The position numbers were made by a program, and so were the translations under genes. 32,000 nt of DNA. It comes from Patescibacteria group bacterium (GTDB lineage: Bacteria; Patescibacteriota; Patescibacteriia; 2-01-FULL-39-33). A model generated the notes under the pieces. It saw nothing but the letters and a program-made list of their open reading frames with translations. It made no database searches and had not been told where the DNA came from. The number at the start of each line of letters is the position of its first letter. The stretch's first letter is position 1. The DNA lies in NCBI GenBank assembly GCA_041662745.1, contig JBAZRV010000003.1:60001-92000 (forward strand), read 5' to 3'. Shown piece after piece: positions 26,477 through 32,000 of the stretch.

Positions 26477-26933
26477 AATGCTTTTCTCCCTCCTTTAAGA
26501 GTTTTGCGAATTCTTCAGCTAGGACTTGCAATTTTTGTTTGTCTTCCTCTGTCAGTCCGGCCAGAATCTGTTCTCCTCGGAAATGCAATTTTTGTAACAA
26601 AATGTAGGCTGATTTAGCGGCGATGTTGATTTCAGTTATCAATTCGGCAACTTCCATGCACCACAAAGCAGTACCTACTGAATCCTCATACCAATCGCCG
26701 GTATTTCCGCAATAACGGTAAAATCGGCAATCCCGGAAGAAAACAGCAAAAGCTTTCTGCTTGCTTAATTCTTTTAGGATATTGCATATCCTGCCTATGC
26801 GATTATCAATGATAATCTGACAATCGATTAGGCGGCTGATCAGTCCGGGTCCCGAGAGATGGAAAATTACGATGAGCAAATTTAGCATGTCAAGTTTTCC
26901 AGCCGGTGTTCGGTTGCGCGCTGTTGTCGGCAT
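26469..26933 (-). CDS. Hypothetical 154-aa partner of the radical SAM protein
   Basis: AGGGAGGT RBS; overlaps the downstream start by 8 nt (ATGTCTAA); own promoter. Confidence 0.75.
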   Translation of the reverse strand: MPTTARNRTPAGKLDMLNLLIVIFHLSGPGLISRLIDCQIIIDNRIGRICNILKELSKQKAFAVFFRDCRFYRYCGNTGDWYEDSVGTALWCMEVAELITEINIAAKSAYILLQKLHFRGEQILAGLTEEDKQKLQVLAEEFAKLLKEGEKHYV

Positions 26934-26990
26934 ATCTGTTACCTCCCTCGGTTATCGCTGGCTTATTAAGTTTTAATGTTCGGTTGAGTT

Positions 26991-27019
26991 ATCTTACTAT
27001 ATTGGGGGAGAAATGTCAA
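26991..27019 (-). promoter_or_regulatory. Predicted promoter of the radical SAM operon
   Basis: Minus strand TTGACA, 17-nt spacer, TAAGAT. Confidence 0.7.
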
Positions 27020-27057
27020 ATAAAAAATATCCTCGCAAACCTGCTTTGCGAGGATAT
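27018..27057 (-). terminator. Terminator of secDF
   Basis: ATATCCTCGCAAA-CCTGC-TTTGCGAGGATAT, 13-bp perfect stem, T-run on minus strand. Confidence 0.88.
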
Positions 27058-27068
27058 TGCCGTATGAA

Positions 27069-27974
27069 TTATTTTTTCAATTTTTTGTCCCAGATATTCC
27101 AGTCTAACAGCAAACAAGAAGCGATAAAAATCGAGGAGTAAGTGCCGATAAAAATACCTACCAGAAGCGCCAGAGTAAAGTTTTTAGTGCTGGCCCCGCC
27201 AAATAAGTAGAGGCAAAATAGAACCAGTAACACCGTTAAAGAAGTGTTGATGGAGCGCGTTACGGTTTGGTTGACTGAATCGTTAACCACCTCATCAAAT
27301 TTTCCGGTATAGAATCTGCCTAAATTTTCTCTGGTGCGGTCAAATACTACGATAGTGTCATGGACGGAAAAACCCATAATGGTTAGCAGCGCGGTAATGA
27401 ATAAACCGTCAACTTCCACGCCGGCAAAGCGTCCCAGAACGGCAAATAAGCCGACGACAATAGTAACGTCGTGGATTAGGGCTAAAATAGCCGAAACGCC
27501 GTATTTCCAGGAAGCGACCGGTTTGGAGACTTTGCGAAAAGCAAAAGCAATGTAGATAATAATGCACAGGGAGGCTACCAGAATAGCCAGCCAGGCCTTT
27601 TTCTGCAGTTCTTGGCCGATTACCGGACCGATTGATTCAAATCTTAATTCTTGGCTTTGGCCGGGGAATTTATCATTGATAGACTGCAGAATTTGCTGAT
27701 GCTGGTCTTCATTGACGTTTTGAAATTTTAAGATGACATTTCTGTCCCCTGACGGCTGGATAATCACCTCACCCAAATCAAGCGATTTAGTTGCTTCTTG
27801 GATTTCCGTATTTTGCGGTCGGTTGTCGGTAAAAGATAATTCCAAGAGCGATCCGCCGGTAAAATCCAGGCCGGGTTTTAGTCCCCAGGCAATAATAGCC
27901 AAAACGGAAGCAACAAACAGGAAGCCGGACACCAGGTAGTAATATTTGCGATTCTTGATGATTTGTAGTTTCAT
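27069..27974 (-). CDS. secF: Protein translocase subunit SecF
   Basis: GLKPGLDFTGGSLLEL, IALIHDV-type ILALIHDVTIVVGLFA, GFSVHDTIVVFDRTREN. Confidence 0.96.
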   Translation of the reverse strand: MKLQIIKNRKYYYLVSGFLFVASVLAIIAWGLKPGLDFTGGSLLELSFTDNRPQNTEIQEATKSLDLGEVIIQPSGDRNVILKFQNVNEDQHQQILQSINDKFPGQSQELRFESIGPVIGQELQKKAWLAILVASLCIIIYIAFAFRKVSKPVASWKYGVSAILALIHDVTIVVGLFAVLGRFAGVEVDGLFITALLTIMGFSVHDTIVVFDRTRENLGRFYTGKFDEVVNDSVNQTVTRSINTSLTVLLVLFCLYLFGGASTKNFTLALLVGIFIGTYSSIFIASCLLLDWNIWDKKLKK

Positions 27975-28001
27975 ATTTTCTTTATAAATGAGAATCGTTG
28001 A

Positions 28002-29828
28002 TTAAATTTTTTTCTTGATGCCGTACAGCCATTTGTTTTGCGTCCATTTCCATTTAGCGGTTAATAGCAAGAATTGCCGGCTGATGATAATAGCCGAGAA
28101 CATGGAAACGGCAATGCCCAAGGCCAGAGTAAAAGCAAAACCGCGGATAATGCTGGAACCGAACCAGAATAAAATGGCGCAAGTGATTAAAGAGGAAAAG
28201 TTGGAGTCGCGGATTGAAGTCCAGGCGCGACCAAAGCCCTCATCAATGGCTTTCATTATGTCTTTGCCGGCGCGTAGTTCTTCTTTCAGGCGTTCAAAAA
28301 TCAGGATATTGGCGTCTACGGCCATGCCGATGGATAGAATGAAACCGGTAATGCCGGCCAAGGTCATGGTTACATGGATGATTTTAAACAAAGCCAGGGA
28401 GATGGCGGTATAAATTATCAAAGCGATAACTGACAGTAAACCCGGTAAGCGGTAAAAGCCGATCATGAATAAGGCCACGGCCAATAAGCCGATAAAGCCG
28501 GCAAATAAGCTTTTCTGCACTGCTTCTTGGCCCAAGGTGGCTCCGACGGTGGTTTGGGAAACTAATTTGATCGGTACGGGCAAGGCGCCGGCATTTAAGC
28601 GCTGGGCCAATTTTTTGGCTTCATCCTGGGTAAAATTACCTTGAATTACGGCTTGGCCGCCCAAGATCGGTTCATTGACTTTGGGAATGGAAATAGCGGT
28701 GCCATCTAGGAATATGGCGACCGGTTTACCTACGTTTCTGGTGGTGATATCGGCAAATAGTTGAGCGCCCTCATTGTCAAATTCCAAGGATACTTGCGGT
28801 ACTAAGGCAGTCTGATCGTACTCTACTGAGGCCTTTTTTAAATTTTTTCCGGAAAGTTTAGTATTAATCCACTCCGGCTCTTGAGCGATACCCAAATCAA
28901 CCGAAGTCTTGGTTTTTAGTAGGATATGGCGGACACTAACCGTACGGCCATCGCCCGTCCCCTGATCTCCTTCCAGTTTAATGATGTGATAGCCGAAAGC
29001 AGTTTTGACCAGATCATTATAAACTTCGCCGACTTTTAGTTTATTAAACGCAACATCGTCAAATTCGGTGACGAATTGGCCTTTTTTTACGCCCTCATAT
29101 AATCCCCCGTTGTCTTTACTGCCGGGATCCTCGCTATATTGCTTGGCCAAAGCGGAAAAATCGGCTCCATTCTTAATCTGTTGCAAAATGTTCACAGCTT
29201 GCTTGCGCACCGTCAAATTCATATCATCCAATTGTTTCTGTTGTTCCGGGGTTAGTTGTTGCGCTTGCGGATTTTCTTCTTTGAATTCCAGAAGCGGTGT
29301 TTCGCCGATCATTTTGATGGCGGAATTAATGTCATAAACGCCGGCCAATTCCACGCTAATACGCGGTTTATCGCCGGACATTGACGTTTGGACAATCGGC
29401 TCGGAAACGCCTAAGGCATTAACGCGCCGCTCAATAACGTCTTTAGCTCCGGCTAAAGCGTCATTCCTGCCGGCCAGAGGAATTTGTGATAAGTCAGCGT
29501 CATAAGTCAACTGGGCTCCGCCAAGCAAATCAAGGCCAAGACGAAACGGCAGGCCGTAAGATGATAATTCAATTTGTTTAATATTGCGCCAAACCAGCCG
29601 ACTACTGTTGTCGGAAACGTTTTTTTCCATTTTAGGGAAAATGTTCAAGTTAGAAATGACGGGAACGGCGGATAACCCGGCGTCCATAGCGTCAGCCGCT
29701 TTATTTTTGAAGCCGATGATGTCAATATAGGCGGCAATCAAAAACAAAATGGCAATACCGAAAAGCACCCAGCGGAGTCGGCCTCTTTGACCGGGTTTTA
29801 GCAGTTTTTCAAAGAAATTTTGCTGCAT
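28002..29828 (-). CDS. secD: Protein translocase subunit SecD with an embedded parvulin-like domain
   Basis: LGLDLLGGAQLTYD, GKPVAIFLDG, ILSIGMAVDANILIFERLKEE; start chosen at MQQNFF (29828), track start 29873. Confidence 0.95.
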   Translation of the reverse strand: MQQNFFEKLLKPGQRGRLRWVLFGIAILFLIAAYIDIIGFKNKAADAMDAGLSAVPVISNLNIFPKMEKNVSDNSSRLVWRNIKQIELSSYGLPFRLGLDLLGGAQLTYDADLSQIPLAGRNDALAGAKDVIERRVNALGVSEPIVQTSMSGDKPRISVELAGVYDINSAIKMIGETPLLEFKEENPQAQQLTPEQQKQLDDMNLTVRKQAVNILQQIKNGADFSALAKQYSEDPGSKDNGGLYEGVKKGQFVTEFDDVAFNKLKVGEVYNDLVKTAFGYHIIKLEGDQGTGDGRTVSVRHILLKTKTSVDLGIAQEPEWINTKLSGKNLKKASVEYDQTALVPQVSLEFDNEGAQLFADITTRNVGKPVAIFLDGTAISIPKVNEPILGGQAVIQGNFTQDEAKKLAQRLNAGALPVPIKLVSQTTVGATLGQEAVQKSLFAGFIGLLAVALFMIGFYRLPGLLSVIALIIYTAISLALFKIIHVTMTLAGITGFILSIGMAVDANILIFERLKEELRAGKDIMKAIDEGFGRAWTSIRDSNFSSLITCAILFWFGSSIIRGFAFTLALGIAVSMFSAIIISRQFLLLTAKWKWTQNKWLYGIKKKI

Positions 29829-29946
29829 GTGTTTCTGTGGATAATAGTTAAAATGATGGATAAATCTTAACAAAATTGAGAAAAAAAGGCAAGAACGGCT
29901 AAGAACTCACCTTTTAAATCGCGGCATTAATCGGTTTATCGGTCGG

Positions 29947-30945
29947 TTATATGGCTATCGCCATTTCCACTAAACGGTTGGAATAACCCCATTCATTGTC
30001 ATACCAAGCCAGAACTTTGACCAGATTGCCGTCAACTACGCGAGTGTATTTTAAATCCACAATAGCTGATTCGGTGGTGCCGATAATGTCGGAAGAAACC
30101 AGTTCGTCATCGCCATCAGCAATGCCTAAGATATTTTTGTATAACGGATGTGAAGCCATTTTGCGGAAAGCATCGTTAACTTCCTCCGCAGTAACGTTTT
30201 TTTTGAGAACGGCGGTGATATCTGATAATGAACCGCAGATAACCGGCACGCGAATGGAGATGCCGTCAAATTTGTCTTTAAGCGTCGGGATAACAAGAAT
30301 GGTGGCTTTGGCGGCGCCGGTGGATGATGGCGCCATGTTGGCGGCGCCGGCTCGGCCTCGCCTTAGGTCTTTGGCATCGGGACCGTCAACCAGGCGTTGG
30401 CTGGCGGTGTAAGCATGGATCGTAGTCATAATCGATTTGACAACGCCGAATTTTGATTCCAAGATCTGCATAACCGGAGCGATGCAATTGGTGGTGCAGG
30501 AGGCGTTGGAGATTATGTTGTCGTGGCCGATTAATTTCTTGGTTAATTCCGTGCCGAATACCAAAGTTGTCACTTCATCCTTGGCCGGCGCAGACAAGAC
30601 GACTTTTTTAGCTCCGGCCAGGGCATGCTTTTTTAAATCCTCAGCCTTCTCAAAAACGCCGGTGCATTCTAAAACAACATCAACTTTGTATTTTTTCCAG
30701 GGCAGTTTAGCCGGATCTTTTTCGGCAAAGACCGGTATTTTTTTTCCGTCAACAATAATATTCTGTTTGTCATAAGTCACCTTTTTGCCATAACGGCCAT
30801 AAACCGTATCGTACTTGAGCATATAAGCCAAGGTGCGGGTATCGGTCAGATCATTGATGGCAACAATCTGCGCCCCTCTTTTTTCCAGGGCGATTTTAAA
30901 CGCACAGCGACCGATGCGGCCAAAGCCGTTAATGGCTATTCTCAT
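29947..30945 (-). CDS. gap: Type I glyceraldehyde-3-phosphate dehydrogenase
   Basis: MRIAINGFGRIGR, ISNASCTTNCIAPV, WYDNEWGYSNR. Confidence 0.97.
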   Translation of the reverse strand: MRIAINGFGRIGRCAFKIALEKRGAQIVAINDLTDTRTLAYMLKYDTVYGRYGKKVTYDKQNIIVDGKKIPVFAEKDPAKLPWKKYKVDVVLECTGVFEKAEDLKKHALAGAKKVVLSAPAKDEVTTLVFGTELTKKLIGHDNIISNASCTTNCIAPVMQILESKFGVVKSIMTTIHAYTASQRLVDGPDAKDLRRGRAGAANMAPSSTGAAKATILVIPTLKDKFDGISIRVPVICGSLSDITAVLKKNVTAEEVNDAFRKMASHPLYKNILGIADGDDELVSSDIIGTTESAIVDLKYTRVVDGNLVKVLAWYDNEWGYSNRLVEMAIAI

Positions 30946-31044
30946 AGATTTGTGTTAGTTAGCTTGATTCGTTGGTATTATAGCACAAAAATAAAAAATT
31001 AAGAAAATAATTGACCGAGGCGGTGATGGCGGAAAAAAATTAAA

Positions 31045-31073
31045 ACCGCCAAGTGCATGGAGCGCGAGGCGGT
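31045..31073 (-). terminator. Possible terminator after the 70-aa gene
   Basis: Minus strand ACCGCC ... GGCGGT then TTTAATTTTTTT. Confidence 0.45.
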
Positions 31074-31093
31074 GACAAGGTGCGTGTATTCAG

Positions 31094-31306
31094 TTATTTA
31101 TCGGACGGTTTTATTTCTGATTCTAATTTTTGCAGTTCTTGGCGTAATTGTCGTGTTATTCGCCGATCCTTGGCGATTAAATCCTTTAGACGCTGGCGAA
31201 AACTCGCAGTAATCGGTTCATTCAGCAGTTCTTCCCATTGACGATTGGCCAAAGCCAGCTGTGCCAAGGTCTTTTTTATCTGTTTGATGCGGCGTTTGGC
31301 GCACAT
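31094..31306 (-). CDS. Hypothetical basic coiled-coil-like protein, 70 aa
   Basis: Short Lys/Arg/Leu-rich helical ORF between PSP1-family gene and gap. Confidence 0.5.
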   Translation of the reverse strand: MCAKRRIKQIKKTLAQLALANRQWEELLNEPITASFRQRLKDLIAKDRRITRQLRQELQKLESEIKPSDK

Positions 31307-31394
31307 TTTGTCCTCCGTTTGGATTTTAAAATCATTCGCTTTGTCCAGGTTGGCAATATAACAATACGGAAACCGATTAAAATAGCATCTGGCG

Positions 31395-32000
31395 TTAGTC
31401 TTTGATTATCGGAATTTCTACGATTACCGCTTTATCCTGATCGCGTTCTTTGTCTAATTCCACATCAACGCTGCAACGCAAAACATGCCAACCGACGACT
31501 ACGCCGCGGCCATGTTTAGTCTTGACTTTGGTGCCTAAAGCCGGCAATTTGGCTATTAAATCCTGATAGTAGGATTCTTCGTAGGCCAGGCAGCATTTGA
31601 GGCGGCCGCAGATGCCGGATAAACGCTCGGCTCCGCGATGCACGATTTGCTGGTCTTCGGCAAAATCGGAAGACACATTGCCGAGTTTTTTCAGATGTCC
31701 GCGGCAGCATTGCCCCAGTCCGCAAGAACCGACATCGCCTACCAGCTTAGCTTCATCCCTAACGCCGATTTGTTGCAAGCGTATCACGCGATTGAATGTC
31801 CGGCTCAGTTCCTTGACTAATTCGCGGAAATCAATGCGGCCGTCGGCAATAAAAGCAAAAGACAGGCGTTGACCGTCCAAGGAAAAATGCGCGTCAACAA
31901 TCTTCATTTCCAAGCCGTAGCGTTTGACTGCTTCCCGGCAGTCACGGATTACGCCTTCTTTATCTTGCCGGTTTTTTTCCAGCGCTTCCCAGTCGTCGGC
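31395..32000 (-). CDS. PSP1 domain protein (RicT/YaaT family), 5' end outside window
   Basis: MKIVDAHFSLDGQRLSFAFIADGRIDFRELVKEL, CGLGQCCR, CGRLKCCLAYE; frame open to the window edge (ADDWEALEKNRQDKEGVIRDCREAVKRYGLEMKIV), so the track's TTG start at 31913 is not the real start. Confidence 0.93.
   Translation of the reverse strand, partial: ADDWEALEKNRQDKEGVIRDCREAVKRYGLEMKIVDAHFSLDGQRLSFAFIADGRIDFRELVKELSRTFNRVIRLQQIGVRDEAKLVGDVGSCGLGQCCRGHLKKLGNVSSDFAEDQQIVHRGAERLSGICGRLKCCLAYEESYYQDLIAKLPALGTKVKTKHGRGVVVGWHVLRCSVDVELDKERDQDKAVIVEIPIIKD

Noticed and set aside
31395-31913. TTG start for the PSP1-family gene in the ORF track
   Set aside because: The frame continues open to position 32000 with family-typical sequence, so the gene is truncated by the window edge.
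1-32000. CRISPR array, tRNA/rRNA genes, prophage, toxin-antitoxin or classic defence operon
   Set aside because: No regularly spaced repeats, cloverleaf-like gene, transposase, phage structural gene or recognisable TA/defence proteins were seen by eye; a tRNAscan/Infernal and defence-HMM run would be needed to exclude them formally.
1-32000. UGA recoding (as in SR1/Gracilibacteria)
   Set aside because: All core genes are full length under the standard bacterial code, with no in-frame TGA interrupting conserved regions.

Overview
The window looks like bacterial chromosome from a Patescibacteria/CPR-type organism. That placement is inferred from protein character and repeat style, not tested. 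It is dense with core genes: pheS, pheT, lysS, serS, gltX, def, fmt, rplU, secD, secF, gap, a xer recombinase, an ftsQ-like gene, an EnvC-like M23 peptidase, and the 5'-truncated end of a PSP1/RicT-family gene. Most intergenic gaps hold sigma70-like promoters with 17-18 nt spacers and clear hairpin+T terminators. The genetic code appears standard. No CRISPR array, rRNA, tRNA, transposase or phage module was seen. The strongest observations are: (1) a parvulin-like PPIase domain inside SecD in circularly permuted order, with the HILLKT strand after the FGYHIIKL strand; (2) a self-contained, translationally coupled two-gene operon of an unassigned radical SAM protein and an unknown 154-aa partner; (3) a short GC-rich palindrome found in an intergenic repeat mosaic and in frame inside pheT (GLPAGQAG); (4) a dif-like 28-mer upstream of xer; (5) pheS and pheT separated by two AT-rich accessory genes; (6) a Cys-rich/poly-acidic mini-protein.
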